Shown piece after piece: positions 29,524-41,734 of a DNA stretch of 64,000 nucleotides (positions are counted from its first letter, which is position 1; each line of letters starts with the position of its first letter). The notes under the pieces are model-generated. The model searched no databases. It saw only the letters and a list, made by a program, of their open reading frames with translations, and had not been told where the DNA came from. The position numbers and the translations under genes were made by a program. The DNA is from Flavobacteriaceae bacterium (lineage in GTDB: Bacteria; Bacteroidota; Bacteroidia; Flavobacteriales; Flavobacteriaceae). The DNA is taken from positions 17,808 through 81,807 of the forward strand of contig CBFHJD010000001.1 in NCBI GenBank assembly GCA_965656215.1, given 5' to 3'.

Positions 29524-31194
29524 ATGTGTGGTATTGTTTGTGCTTTTGAATTAAAGAAATCTTCGGAGGAAATTAGACCTCAACTTTTAGAAATGTCTAA
29601 AAACCTCAGGCACCGTGGGCCAGACTGGAGCGGAATCTACAGTTCTGAAAATTCTATATTAGTTCACGAGCGATTAGCAATTGTTGATCCAACTTCTGGA
29701 AAACAACCGCTGATTAGTCCTTCCGGTAATTTAGTTTTGGCTGCAAACGGAGAGATTTATAATCATCGTGAGTTGAGAGCTCCATTTGAGTCCTCTTACG
29801 ACTTTAAAACTGAATCTGATTGTGAGGTTATTTTGGCTTTATATGAAAGCGAAGGTCCTGCCTTTTTGGATAAATTGAATGGCATATTTGCTTTTGCAAT
29901 TTTTGATGAAGCGAAAAACGAATTTTTTATTGCTCGAGATCATATGGGCATAATTCCCCTCTACATGGGTTGGGATGGGGACGGTACATTTTATGTAGCC
30001 TCTGAATTAAAAGCACTGGAAGGCGTGTGTTCAAAAATTGAATTATTTCCACCAGGACACTATCTTCAAAGCAATGATGCTGAGCCAAAAGCTTGGTATA
30101 ATCCTGACTGGAAAGATTTTGATACTGTAAAGAATAATCCAACTTCAATTGAAGATCTTCACGATGCACTTTCTGATGCAGTTCACAGACAATTGATGAG
30201 TGATGTGCCCTATGGTGTTTTACTTTCGGGGGGATTAGATTCCTCCATTACCTCAGCATTAGCAAAGAAATTTGCTGCGCATCGAGTAGAATCGAATGAT
30301 AAAAAAGCCGCTTGGTGGCCGCAATTGCACTCTTTTTCTGTAGGTCTTGATGGTTCCCCAGACCTTGCAGCAGCTCAGGAGGTTGCAAAGCACATTGGAA
30401 CAGTTCATCATGAAATCAAATTCACTATTCAAGAAGGGTTAGATGCTATTCGAGAAGTAATTTACCATTTGGAAACGTATGACATTACCACAATTAGAGC
30501 TTCAACTCCCATGTATTTGATGGCCCGAGCAATTAAAGCTTTAGGGATAAAAATGGTGCTTTCTGGGGAAGGAGCTGATGAGCTTTTTGGCGGTTATCTG
30601 TATTTTCACAAAGCTCCAAATGAAAAAGAGTTCCATGAAGAAACAGTTCGGAAATTAGAAAAATTGCATCAATATGATTGTCTGCGAGCCAATAAGTCAC
30701 TAGCTGCATGGGGAATTGAAGGCAGGGTACCTTTCTTGGATAAAGAGTTTATAGAGGTGGCTATGCGATTGAATCCAAAAGACAAGATGATTACTGAAGA
30801 ACGTATGGAAAAATGGGTGTTGCGTAAGGCTTTTGAATCCTATCTTCCAGACAGTATTGCATGGAGGCAAAAAGAACAGTTTTCTGATGGAGTAGGATAC
30901 AGTTGGATTGACACTTTAAAAGAGATGGTTTCAGGGGAAGTCACTGATGAGCAAATGGCCAATGCACATTTTCGTTTTCCTGTGCAAACACCACAAAATA
31001 AAGAAGAATTTTATTATCGAACTATTTTTGAATCGCACTTCCCTAGTGAAGCTGCGGCTTTAAGTGTTCCTTCAGTTCCTTCAGTAGCTTGTAGTACTCC
31101 TGTAGCTCTGGCATGGGACGCTGCATTTCAAAATCAAAATGACCCAAGTGGTCGTGCTGTGGCACGAGTACACGAGCAAGGATATGATGATTAG
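29524..31194 (+). CDS. asnB: asparagine synthase B (glutamine-hydrolysing)
   Basis: 556 aa. The N-terminal MCGI provides the nucleophile Cys2, and the PP-loop is LLSGGLDSS. Confidence 0.93.
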   Translation: MCGIVCAFELKKSSEEIRPQLLEMSKNLRHRGPDWSGIYSSENSILVHERLAIVDPTSGKQPLISPSGNLVLAANGEIYNHRELRAPFESSYDFKTESDCEVILALYESEGPAFLDKLNGIFAFAIFDEAKNEFFIARDHMGIIPLYMGWDGDGTFYVASELKALEGVCSKIELFPPGHYLQSNDAEPKAWYNPDWKDFDTVKNNPTSIEDLHDALSDAVHRQLMSDVPYGVLLSGGLDSSITSALAKKFAAHRVESNDKKAAWWPQLHSFSVGLDGSPDLAAAQEVAKHIGTVHHEIKFTIQEGLDAIREVIYHLETYDITTIRASTPMYLMARAIKALGIKMVLSGEGADELFGGYLYFHKAPNEKEFHEETVRKLEKLHQYDCLRANKSLAAWGIEGRVPFLDKEFIEVAMRLNPKDKMITEERMEKWVLRKAFESYLPDSIAWRQKEQFSDGVGYSWIDTLKEMVSGEVTDEQMANAHFRFPVQTPQNKEEFYYRTIFESHFPSEAAALSVPSVPSVACSTPVALAWDAAFQNQNDPSGRAVARVHEQGYDD

Positions 31195-31304
31195 AAAATT
31201 TTGGAATAGTTTAGTGCGACTTTGAACGATTATTTTTCACACTTTTTGTTGATAACTTAGCAATATCCATAAGGCTTAACGATCATTTTGACCCCCCTTA
31301 TAAT

Positions 31305-31312
31305 TATATTTG
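31305..31312 (+). promoter_or_regulatory. -7 promoter box for gyrB
   Basis: TATATTTG ends 36 nt upstream of the ATG. A TTTG lies at 31287..31290. Confidence 0.5.
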
Positions 31313-31330
31313 TTAGTCTGCGTTGAGTAG

Positions 31331-33289
<1,959 letters not shown>

Positions 33290-33325
33290 ACCTTATATAA
33301 ATAATTAAAAATTAAATATAGATTA

Positions 33326-34258
33326 ATGAAAGTAACAATTGTTGGGGCTGGAAATGTTGGGGCCTCTTGCGCAGAATACATAGCTCAAAAAAGAATCGCT
33401 AGTAAAGTAGTATTATTAGATATTAAAGAAGGTGTCGCTGAAGGTAAAGCTTTAGACTTAACACAAACCGCAACTACGCTTGGTTTTAACACAAGCATTA
33501 CTGGGGTAACCAATGACTATTCAGCGACTGCTGGGAGCGATGTAGTGGTTATAACTTCAGGAGTTCCTAGAAAACCTGGGATGACGCGAGAAGAATTGAT
33601 AGGAATTAATGCTGGAATTGTACAAGCTGTTTCATCTAGTATTTTAGAATACTCTCCAGAAACAATAATTGTCGTTGTTTCCAATCCTATGGACACCATG
33701 ACCTATCTTGCTTTACAGTCAACAGGTCTCCCAAAAAATAGAATTATCGGTATGGGTGGTGCTTTAGATAGTTCTCGTTTTAAGACGTATTTATCCAAAG
33801 CATTGAACAAGCCTGCAAATGATATTCAAGGAATGGTTATCGGAGGTCACGGTGACACAACCATGATACCGCTTACACGAATAGCAAGTTATAATGGAGC
33901 CCCAGTTTCTCAATATTTAGACGAGCAAACTCTAGAAAAAGTAGCTGCGGATACCATGGTTGGTGGAGCAACCTTAACAAAACTACTAGGAACTTCTGCA
34001 TGGTATGCGCCGGGTGCTTCTGTAGCCTATTTAGTTGATAGTATTCTCAATGATCAAAAACGCATGATTCCATGTTCTGTTATGCTTGAAGGAGAGTACG
34101 GTTTAGAAGACATCTGTATTGGGGTTCCTTGTATTATTGGATCCAATGGCGTGGAGTCTATAGTCGATGTAAAATTAAACGAAAAAGAAGAGAAGCAAAT
34201 GAGCGACAGTGCAGATAAAGTAAGGACGATGAACGCTGCCCTTAAGGACGTTCTTTAG
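33326..34258 (+). CDS. mdh: malate dehydrogenase (LDH-like)
   Basis: 310 aa with the Rossmann motif MKVTIVGAGNVG and the stretch IGGHGDTTMIPL. Confidence 0.93.
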   Translation: MKVTIVGAGNVGASCAEYIAQKRIASKVVLLDIKEGVAEGKALDLTQTATTLGFNTSITGVTNDYSATAGSDVVVITSGVPRKPGMTREELIGINAGIVQAVSSSILEYSPETIIVVVSNPMDTMTYLALQSTGLPKNRIIGMGGALDSSRFKTYLSKALNKPANDIQGMVIGGHGDTTMIPLTRIASYNGAPVSQYLDEQTLEKVAADTMVGGATLTKLLGTSAWYAPGASVAYLVDSILNDQKRMIPCSVMLEGEYGLEDICIGVPCIIGSNGVESIVDVKLNEKEEKQMSDSADKVRTMNAALKDVL

Positions 34259-34320
34259 TATATATTTTTTAGCATAGGGCAATATTCTTTTTAAGAGTTG
34301 CCAAATCCTAGCTTTAATCC

Positions 34321-34328
34321 TATATTTG
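34321..34328 (+). promoter_or_regulatory. -7 promoter box for secDF
   Basis: TATATTTG is too close to the TTG at 34339, so it favours the ATG at 34360. Confidence 0.5.
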
Positions 34329-34359
34329 CTCGCCTTAATTGAGCTTAAATTTTATTGAA

Positions 34360-37323
34360 ATGCAAAACAATTCATTAGTAAGAGTTTTTGGAATCTTATT
34401 CGCACTTGTAAGTATATACCAACTCTCTTTTACATTCATTAGTAGTAGTATAGAATCTGAAGCAGAAAACTTCGCAATACAGACTACTGCTGAGGACACA
34501 CCCGATTATCTTGAAGTTCGAGACAGAAAAATCACTGCTTATCTAGATTCAATTGGAAATAACAGTATTTATGGTTTTACATCATATAATGATGCCAAAT
34601 CAAAAGAACTAAATAAAGGACTCGATTTAAAAGGAGGAATTAATGTAATTCTTCAAATCTCAATTAGAGATATATTAAAGGGTTTAGCGGAAAATACTCG
34701 AAATGTTGTTTTCAACAAAGCTTTAGATGAAGCGAACATACTTCAAAAATCTTCAGATGAACCTTATGTTGAGTCGTTTTTCAGAGCTTTTGATGCAGTC
34801 AAAAGTGGTGAAAAACTATCTTCTCCAGAAATCTTTGGAAACCGAACTTTAAGTGATGAAATCAATTTTGAGATGTCTGATTCTGAAACACAGGTTGTGG
34901 TTCGACGTAAAATTGACGAGTCTATTGTTTCTGCCTTTGAAGTACTCAGAAAACGTATTGATAAGTTTGGTGTTACGCAGCCCAATATCCAGCGACTGGG
35001 GACATCCGGAAGAATTTTAGTAGAGCTTCCAGGAGCCAAAGACGTTGATCGTGTTAAAAACTTATTGCAAAGTACAGCCCAATTAGAATTTTGGGAAACC
35101 TTTAAAAACGATGCACTTATTGGCTTTTTAATCCAGGCAAATGAACTGGTAAGTAGCCAACAAAAGAATATAACTACCGATGAATTAGAAGACAAAGATG
35201 CCGCTTCTGAAATTGATGATTTACTGGCTGATGTTGCTTCGACTGATTCTATTGCCACTCCTACTGAAAATTTGATTTTGGATAAAATAGTAGGTCAAGG
35301 GTTTCAAGGAGGTCCAGTTTTAGCACAATTTGCAGCACGAGATGGTGAAGAAATTATAAGTTACCTAAACCAACCAGATGTTCGAAAGTTATTACCAGCA
35401 GAATATCGTTACGTCCGTTTTTCATTAGGGAAACCAGATACCGACAGCGATATTGTTGAATTATTTGCATTGCGCTCTAATAGAGACGATAGAGCACCTT
35501 TAAGTGGTGGTGTGGTCGTTGATGCCGTTCAGACGTTTGATCAATTGGGTAATCCAGCTGTATCTATGCAGATGGACTCAAGAGGTGCGCGTATCTGGGA
35601 AAACATGACAGGTAAAGCGTTTAAGGAGGCTAGTAATATTGCTATCGTTTTAGATAATATTGTTTATTCTGCACCAGGGGTATCTAGTGGAGCCATCTCT
35701 GGAGGACGTTCTGAAATTACTGGCGATTTCTCTCTAAACGAAGCAATTGATTTAGCCAACGTATTACGTGCGGGGAAACTTCCTGCTTCGGCAGAAATTA
35801 TTCAATCTGAAATTGTAGGACCCTCTTTAGGAAAGGAAGCAATTCAGTCAGGAATTTATTCATTTGTTATCGCATTGATCTTCGTACTTGTTTGGATGGT
35901 GTTTTATTACGGTAGTTCAGGATTGTTTGCTGATATAGCCCTAATATTGAACATCCTTTTAATCTTTGGTATTTTAGCTGGATTAGGGGCTGTACTTACG
36001 TTACCTGGTATTGCAGGTATTGTTTTAACCATTGGTATTTCTGTAGATGCAAACGTACTCATATTCGAGCGTGTTCGTGAAGAATTGAGAAAAGGAAAAG
36101 GAATTCGTAAAGCAATTGGCGATGGATTTAATAATGCCCTTTCTTCAATTTTAGACGCAAACATAACTACAGGTTTAACGGCCTTAATTCTCTTTATTTT
36201 TGGAACTGGACCCATCAAAGGTTTTGCAACAACATTGTTAATTGGAATTGGAACTTCTTTATTTACCGCAATTTTTATCACGAGAATTTTAGTGGATTCA
36301 AGAAACGAAAAAGGCAAAGGAGTTTCGTTCTCTACAAAAGCAACCAAAGGCTTATTGTCTGATATTAGTATTTCATTCTTACAACGTCGTAAAATTGCCT
36401 ATATCGTGTCCTCCATTTTAATTTTAGTCAGTTTAGCTTCTTTGAGTTTTCAAGGGCTGAATCAAGGAGTAGATTTTCTAGGAGGCCGATCTTATACCGT
36501 TCGTTTTGAAAACGCAGTCAATCCTACTGAAATTAGCAGTGTGTTAAATGCTGAATTTGGAAGTGTAGAAGTCAAAACATTTGGTGAAGAAAACCAGCTT
36601 AAAATAACAACTAAATATAAAGTTGATGTTGAAGGTGTTGAAGTTGATGAAGAAATTCACGATAAGCTTTATACTTCCTTGCAACCATATTTGCCAGATG
36701 GAATAAGCTATGAAAGTTTTGTCAAAGGGAGCTCTGAAAAAACAATTGGAATTATGTCCTCCATTAAAGTTGGACCTACCATTGCAGATGATATAAAAAA
36801 CAATTCATTCTTGGCTGTTATTGGGTCGCTGATTGTAGTATTCTTATATATTTTACTCCGTTTCCAAAAATGGCAGTTTTCACTTGGTGCAGTAACCGCT
36901 GTTTTTCATGATGTACTTATCGTTTTAGGAATCTTTTCAATAACCTACACTTTTATGCCATTTAGTATGGAAATCAACCAGGCTTTTATCGCAGCAATTC
37001 TAACAGTTATTGGATATTCGCTTAATGATACCGTAGTTGTATTTGACCGGATACGGGAGTATATCAATGAGCACACCAAATGGGAATTTGACACTACTGT
37101 CAACGCTGCTTTAAACAGTACGTTAAGTAGAACTTTAAACACTTCGTTAACCACTCTAATCGTACTCCTATCTATTTTTATCTTTGGAGGAGAGTCCATA
37201 AGAGGATTTATGTTTGCTCTTATCGTTGGAGTTATTGTAGGAACCTATTCTTCAGTTTTTATTGCATCACCTGTGATGTACGATACATTGAAAAAGAAAC
37301 TTACACTGGAAGAAAAGAAATAG
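34360..37323 (+). CDS. secDF: protein translocase subunit SecDF (fused)
   Basis: The track ORF begins at a TTG (34339). The ATG at 34360 gives MQNNSLVRVFGILFALVSIYQLSFTF, typical of flavobacterial SecDF. The SecD part (GLDLKGGINV, GPSLGKEAI) and the SecF part (GVDFLGGRSY) are in one roughly 987-aa protein. Confidence 0.93.
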   Translation: MQNNSLVRVFGILFALVSIYQLSFTFISSSIESEAENFAIQTTAEDTPDYLEVRDRKITAYLDSIGNNSIYGFTSYNDAKSKELNKGLDLKGGINVILQISIRDILKGLAENTRNVVFNKALDEANILQKSSDEPYVESFFRAFDAVKSGEKLSSPEIFGNRTLSDEINFEMSDSETQVVVRRKIDESIVSAFEVLRKRIDKFGVTQPNIQRLGTSGRILVELPGAKDVDRVKNLLQSTAQLEFWETFKNDALIGFLIQANELVSSQQKNITTDELEDKDAASEIDDLLADVASTDSIATPTENLILDKIVGQGFQGGPVLAQFAARDGEEIISYLNQPDVRKLLPAEYRYVRFSLGKPDTDSDIVELFALRSNRDDRAPLSGGVVVDAVQTFDQLGNPAVSMQMDSRGARIWENMTGKAFKEASNIAIVLDNIVYSAPGVSSGAISGGRSEITGDFSLNEAIDLANVLRAGKLPASAEIIQSEIVGPSLGKEAIQSGIYSFVIALIFVLVWMVFYYGSSGLFADIALILNILLIFGILAGLGAVLTLPGIAGIVLTIGISVDANVLIFERVREELRKGKGIRKAIGDGFNNALSSILDANITTGLTALILFIFGTGPIKGFATTLLIGIGTSLFTAIFITRILVDSRNEKGKGVSFSTKATKGLLSDISISFLQRRKIAYIVSSILILVSLASLSFQGLNQGVDFLGGRSYTVRFENAVNPTEISSVLNAEFGSVEVKTFGEENQLKITTKYKVDVEGVEVDEEIHDKLYTSLQPYLPDGISYESFVKGSSEKTIGIMSSIKVGPTIADDIKNNSFLAVIGSLIVVFLYILLRFQKWQFSLGAVTAVFHDVLIVLGIFSITYTFMPFSMEINQAFIAAILTVIGYSLNDTVVVFDRIREYINEHTKWEFDTTVNAALNSTLSRTLNTSLTTLIVLLSIFIFGGESIRGFMFALIVGVIVGTYSSVFIASPVMYDTLKKKLTLEEKK

Positions 37324-37342
37324 TTCTTTATTATTATCAATT

Positions 37343-37374
37343 AAAAAAGCCAAGTTATACGACTTGGCTTTTTT
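37343..37374. terminator. bidirectional intrinsic terminator between secDF and the convergent DinB/YfiT gene
   Basis: A6-GCCAAGT-tatacg-ACTTGGC-T6. Confidence 0.8.
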
Positions 37375-37376
37375 AG

Positions 37377-37916
37377 TTAGTATCCGTTTTCAATGGCGTT
37401 TTTGATATGCGCTAAATGGTGTTCTCCATGCCATGCATAGATGAGTAACGCAGCATCCAAGGGGTAATTTTTGTTGCGCTCTGGGTGAAAATAAGATTTT
37501 TTATAATCGTTTTGATTCAAATTTTTTAAGAAAAGCACCCACCTATAGTGCAGCGCGGAGAGTAAGTTTAAACTATAATCAATTTCAGTATTCGACGCAT
37601 CGGGTAACTCTGCCCATTTTGGTTCTTCATAATCTTTAATCGACGGGGTGTCTTCCAGTATTGTGTGTTTAAAGCGTAAATACGAATGCATGTGACTGTC
37701 AGCCAAATGGTGAATTACTTGTGCAATAGTCCAGCCCTCTGGTCGGTAACGATGAAGCAAGATAGAAGGGGGAAGTGAAGCTGCAGTTTCGATGAGTTGC
37801 AAAGGCAGATTTTGAATTTTAATAATTGCTTCATTTAATACTTCAGGATTGCGTTCAGCTTCCCAATCAAATTTTCCAATAGGAAAACGAAGAAGCTCTA
37901 AGGTTTGTTTGTTCAT
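37377..37916 (-). CDS. DinB/YfiT family metal-dependent protein (bacillithiol S-transferase BstA-like)
   Basis: 179 aa. LRFPIGKF...YRPEGWTIAQVIHHLADSHMHSYLRFKH...AWHGEHHLAHI closely resembles B. subtilis YfiT. Confidence 0.8.
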   Translation of the reverse strand: MNKQTLELLRFPIGKFDWEAERNPEVLNEAIIKIQNLPLQLIETAASLPPSILLHRYRPEGWTIAQVIHHLADSHMHSYLRFKHTILEDTPSIKDYEEPKWAELPDASNTEIDYSLNLLSALHYRWVLFLKNLNQNDYKKSYFHPERNKNYPLDAALLIYAWHGEHHLAHIKNAIENGY

Positions 37917-38398
37917 AGTCGATTAAAATTAATTTTCATTCCATTTATAATATGGAGTTTTTGGGTAAGACCGGCGTTAATTTCAAGCACATATTTTGCT
38001 GGAAATTTAGAAGAAATTGATTGGATTTCATTAGGTTTTGCGTTTGAATGAATATGGGTAATATTCAGTTCAGCATCAATAAAAATTAAATCAAGAGGAA
38101 TCAGTGTGTTTTTCATATAAAAACTTCTCATTTCGCTTTTTTCAAAAACAAAAAACATTCCATTTTTAGAACGTAATACATCTCTGTACATCAATCCTGT
38201 TTGCCTTTCGTAGGGTGAATCAGCTATTTCGATATCAAATTGAGCGAAGCTAAGTCCCTCATCAGAAGTAACGGATAGATTACCTTCTTTGTTAAAGAGG
38301 ATTTTTTTTTCGTTTATACGATCAGTTTTTTTTTGCTCACATTGGGCTAATCCAATTAGAGTAAGTACTAGGGCAAATATCCGTAACCGGAGATTCAT
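37913..38398 (-). CDS. DUF192 domain-containing protein (secreted/lipoprotein)
   Basis: 161 aa with signal ...LTLIGLAQC and the DUF192-like core MRSFYMKNTLIPLDLIFID. ATGA overlaps occur at both ends. Confidence 0.75.
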   Translation of the reverse strand: MNLRLRIFALVLTLIGLAQCEQKKTDRINEKKILFNKEGNLSVTSDEGLSFAQFDIEIADSPYERQTGLMYRDVLRSKNGMFFVFEKSEMRSFYMKNTLIPLDLIFIDAELNITHIHSNAKPNEIQSISSKFPAKYVLEINAGLTQKLHIINGMKINFNRL

Positions 38399-39222
38399 TC
38401 TTCAATAGGTTTATTTTTCCTAAGAATAAAAACCAAGCCCATTAGTATAAGGGGGATACTCAACCATTGTCCTGTCGTAAAAAAAGGCATTACCTCTTCA
38501 AAGCCTCCTTGGCTTTCTTTGACAAATTCAACTACAAATCGAATGCTAAACATGCCGGTAAACAAAATCCCTAATAAATATCCAGGCTTGTCTTTTTTAG
38601 TATGCTTAAAGGCTGCTCTCAGGATGAAAAACAATGCCAAATAACAAATGGCTTCATAAAGTTGAGCAGGATGTCTAGGAAGGGTTTCTCTATTATTTAA
38701 AAAGACTACTCCAAAGTTATTTCCTGTGTACTTACCAACAATCTCAGAATTAAAAAAATTTCCAAATCGAACAAAAGTAGCTCCTAGAGCAACTGGAATA
38801 CTAATGCGGTCTAAAAGCCAGAGGAGTGATTTTTTCTTAAATTTCCTTTTATAAAGATAAATTCCTATGAGCACCCCAATAACAGCTCCATGACTTGCTA
38901 AACCACGAAATCCTGTGAAAGAGTATCCATCTGCAGTTTCTCTTATGGGCAAGAGGATTTCAAGGAGGTGGTCTTGATAGTAGTCCCAACTGTAAAAAAA
39001 GACATCACCTAAACGAGCACCAAGCAAAATTGAAATAACCATATAAATAAACAATGATTCTAGATGCTCTAGTGGGATTTTCTCTTTTTCAAAAATCTTT
39101 TTCATAATATAATACCCAAGTCCAAAAGCGATCACAAACATCAGGCTGTAGTAATGTATTCCAAAACTCCCAATTTTAAATAGGGTTTCGCTGGGGGCCC
39201 AGTCTATCTTTGCAAGAAACAT
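38395..39222 (-). CDS. lgt: prolipoprotein diacylglyceryl transferase
   Basis: 275 aa and polytopic, with motifs RFGNFFNSEIVG and HPAQLYEA. Confidence 0.92.
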   Translation of the reverse strand: MFLAKIDWAPSETLFKIGSFGIHYYSLMFVIAFGLGYYIMKKIFEKEKIPLEHLESLFIYMVISILLGARLGDVFFYSWDYYQDHLLEILLPIRETADGYSFTGFRGLASHGAVIGVLIGIYLYKRKFKKKSLLWLLDRISIPVALGATFVRFGNFFNSEIVGKYTGNNFGVVFLNNRETLPRHPAQLYEAICYLALFFILRAAFKHTKKDKPGYLLGILFTGMFSIRFVVEFVKESQGGFEEVMPFFTTGQWLSIPLILMGLVFILRKNKPIEE

Positions 39223-39281
39223 AAAGTATTGTTTAAGTCTTAGTAAAAGTAATTAAAAACAAATCAAATCGAAATAAATCT

Positions 39282-39503
39282 TTAAGGAATAGGATCATAA
39301 CCGGAGCCACCCCACGGATGACATTTTGAGATTCTTTTAATGGCCATCCATCCTCCTTTTAAGAGACCGTATTTAAGTAACGCTTCTTTGCTGTATTGAG
39401 AACAGGTTGGTTGAAAACGACAGCTTGGAGGGAGTAGAGGGGAGATTAAGATTTGATATCCTTTAATTAATAGCAGTAGGGGGTAAATCAATATTTTTTT
39501 CAA
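39282..39503 (-). CDS. yidD: membrane protein insertion efficiency factor YidD
   Basis: 73 aa: [23 protein letters not shown]...[14 protein letters not shown]. Confidence 0.92.
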   Translation of the reverse strand: MKKILIYPLLLLIKGYQILISPLLPPSCRFQPTCSQYSKEALLKYGLLKGGWMAIKRISKCHPWGGSGYDPIP

Positions 39504-39513
39504 AGGAGAACGA

Positions 39514-40992
39514 TTAGTTAATTTTAAAAGTGGTTCCTTCGGTAGTGTCGTTAATTTGTATTTGCATTTTCTTAAGACTGTCTCGAATCAAATCAGAAGT
39601 TTTAAAATCTTTTTCGGCTCTTGCTTTGTCTCTGAGCTCCATTAGTAATTCAAGAGTGCCATTGAGTTGACTAGCTTCGCTTTTATTTTCATTTTTATCT
39701 GGAGTCAAAAGACCTAATACCTCATAAAAAAATCCCTTCATACTTTGAGAGAGTAAATTGAGGTTTTCACTACTGATTTGTTGCAATCCAGAAGAAATTG
39801 CATTGATGTATTTCACAGCATCAAATAAGTGGGCGATAAGTACAGGGCTATTGAAATCATCGTTCATTGCCGCATAGCACTTTTTATTCCACTGCTCAAC
39901 ATCAAAGCCTGTTGATGTATCACTCACGGTTAGTTGATCGAGCTTCTGGAGCCCTTCAACCAATCGATTAAATCCTTTTTCTGAGGCTTCAAGTGCATCT
40001 TCGCTTAAATCTACAATACTTCTATAATGAGCCTGAAGCATAAAAAATCGAGCTACCATAGGAGAGAAGTCTTTTTTGAATATGTCATTTTCTCCAGTAA
40101 ACATTTCTTGGGGAAGTATGTTGTTTCCTGTTGATTTTGCCATTTTCTTTCCATTGAGAGTCAGCATATTGGCATGCAGCCAATAGTTCACAGGATTTTT
40201 TTTGTAAACAGCCTCTGATTGAGCGATTTCACATTCGTGATGCGGAAATTTTAAATCCATTCCACCTCCGTGAATATCAAACTGTTTCCCAAGGTATTTA
40301 GTGCTCATTGCCGTACATTCTAAATGCCATCCAGGAAATCCTTCACTCCAAGGAGATGGCCATCGCATAATGTGTTTGGGCTCTGCTTTCTTCCACAGCG
40401 CAAAATCTTGTGGATTACGCTTGTCAGACTGGCCCTCTAATGCTCTTGAATTATGAATTAAATCTTCAATATTTCTACCACTCAATTTACCGTAAGGGAA
40501 ATCTTTATTGAAGTGCAGTACGTCAAAATAGACAGAACCATTGACTTCGTAGGCATAACCTTCATCAATGATTTTTTTGATTAATTCTATTTGTTCAACG
40601 ATATGTCCTGTCGCAGTGGGTTCAATGCTAGGAGGAAGTGCATTAAATTGTGCCATCATGGATCTAAAATCCACTGTATAACGCTGAACAACTTCCATTG
40701 GTTCAATGGATTCCAGTCGTGCTTTTTTTGCAATTCTATCTTCGCCTTCATCCGCATCATTTTCTAAATGGCCAGCGTCTGTAATATTTCTTACATAGCG
40801 AACTTTAAACCCTAGATGCTGAAGATATCTAAAAATCAGATCAAATGAAATAAAGGTTCTGCAATTACCTAAATGAACATTACTGTAAACGGTTGGACCA
40901 CAAACATACATTCCAACATGGTCTTTTAGTATCGGCTTAAAAGGCTCTTTTTTTCCATTTAAAGAATTGTAAACCACTAACGCATGCTCCAT
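39514..40992 (-). CDS. cysS: cysteine--tRNA ligase
   Basis: 492 aa with a HIGH-type motif HLGNCRTF and the KMSKS variant KMAKSTGN. The start shares 1 nt with the folE stop. Confidence 0.95.
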   Translation of the reverse strand: MEHALVVYNSLNGKKEPFKPILKDHVGMYVCGPTVYSNVHLGNCRTFISFDLIFRYLQHLGFKVRYVRNITDAGHLENDADEGEDRIAKKARLESIEPMEVVQRYTVDFRSMMAQFNALPPSIEPTATGHIVEQIELIKKIIDEGYAYEVNGSVYFDVLHFNKDFPYGKLSGRNIEDLIHNSRALEGQSDKRNPQDFALWKKAEPKHIMRWPSPWSEGFPGWHLECTAMSTKYLGKQFDIHGGGMDLKFPHHECEIAQSEAVYKKNPVNYWLHANMLTLNGKKMAKSTGNNILPQEMFTGENDIFKKDFSPMVARFFMLQAHYRSIVDLSEDALEASEKGFNRLVEGLQKLDQLTVSDTSTGFDVEQWNKKCYAAMNDDFNSPVLIAHLFDAVKYINAISSGLQQISSENLNLLSQSMKGFFYEVLGLLTPDKNENKSEASQLNGTLELLMELRDKARAEKDFKTSDLIRDSLKKMQIQINDTTEGTTFKIN

Positions 40993-41672
40993 CAGAACTT
41001 TGTATCAAGTTGGATGTAATCTAAAAATTCTCTTTTCTTATCCTCCGATTTAAATACACCACCAAATTCACTGGTAACTGTGCTACTTGCCACATCATTG
41101 ATCCCTCTAGAATTTACGCACAGGTGCTTGGCGTCGATCACACAGGCCACATCTTTGGTGCCTAATGTTTCTTGAAGTTCGTGAACTATTTGCAGGGTAA
41201 GACGTTCTTGTACTTGAGGTCGGGTAGCATAATACTCTACGATACGATTCATTTTAGATAACCCTACTACTGTTCCGTTAGAAACGTAAGCCACGTGTGC
41301 TTTTCCAACTATTGGAAGAAGATGGTGTTCACAAGTAGAGTAGAGGGTAATGTTTTTCTCTACCAACATTTCACCGTATTTATAAGAATTTTTGAAGGTA
41401 GATGCTACAGGCTTTTTATCAGGATGAAGTCCTCCAAAAATCTCATTCACATACATTTTAGCAACGCGAAGGGGAGTTCCTTTTAGGCTGTCATCTGTTA
41501 AATCCATACCTAAAGTTTCCAAAATTGCCTTGAAATGATTTTGAATTACACTAATTTTTTCTTCATTAGGCATTTCAAAAGCATCGGCTTTTAAGGGAGT
41601 TATTGCTGAGGATGAAAAATGGTCATCTCCATTCTGATCTAAGCTGTCAGTGATTATTTTTTCTAGTTTCAT
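40992..41672 (-). CDS. folE: GTP cyclohydrolase I FolE
   Basis: 226 aa with motifs STCEHHLLP and RPQVQERLT. Confidence 0.93.
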   Translation of the reverse strand: MKLEKIITDSLDQNGDDHFSSSAITPLKADAFEMPNEEKISVIQNHFKAILETLGMDLTDDSLKGTPLRVAKMYVNEIFGGLHPDKKPVASTFKNSYKYGEMLVEKNITLYSTCEHHLLPIVGKAHVAYVSNGTVVGLSKMNRIVEYYATRPQVQERLTLQIVHELQETLGTKDVACVIDAKHLCVNSRGINDVASSTVTSEFGGVFKSEDKKREFLDYIQLDTKF

Positions 41673-41690
41673 ATCTTCTAAAGATGCCTA

Positions 41691-41698
41691 CAAATATA
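41691..41698 (-). promoter_or_regulatory. -7 promoter box for the folE-cysS-yidD-lgt-DUF192-DinB operon
   Basis: Minus-strand TATATTTG ends 18 nt upstream of the folE ATG. Confidence 0.5.
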
Positions 41699-41734
41699 CT
41701 GAATTTATACAAGGAAAAAAGCAGTGTACAGCAA

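Noticed and set aside
34764-36347. Long antisense ORFs inside secDF (34764..35258, 164 aa; 35907..36347, 146 aa). Similar shadow ORFs lie in the BCCT gene (18922..19368), typA (21049..21453), the MarR gene (12847..13155), folP (54220..54555), the DUF4249 gene (63261..63563) and the GH3 gene (10005..10286).
   Set aside because: They lie fully inside well-supported conserved genes on the opposite strand. They have odd compositions and no signal, promoter or family resemblance. These are classic frame-shadow ORFs.
38302-38334. Homopolymer tracts as phase-variation switches: two A9/T9 runs in the DUF192 gene, A9 at 5826-5834 in the TonB receptor gene, T8 in the HTTM gene, and A10 before the Gpx start
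   Set aside because: The intragenic runs (DUF192, TonB receptor and HTTM genes) are in-frame homopolymer codon runs (Lys AAA or Phe TTT) in a very AT-rich genome. There are no alternative downstream frames of note and no contingency-locus context. I cannot assess variability from a single sequence.
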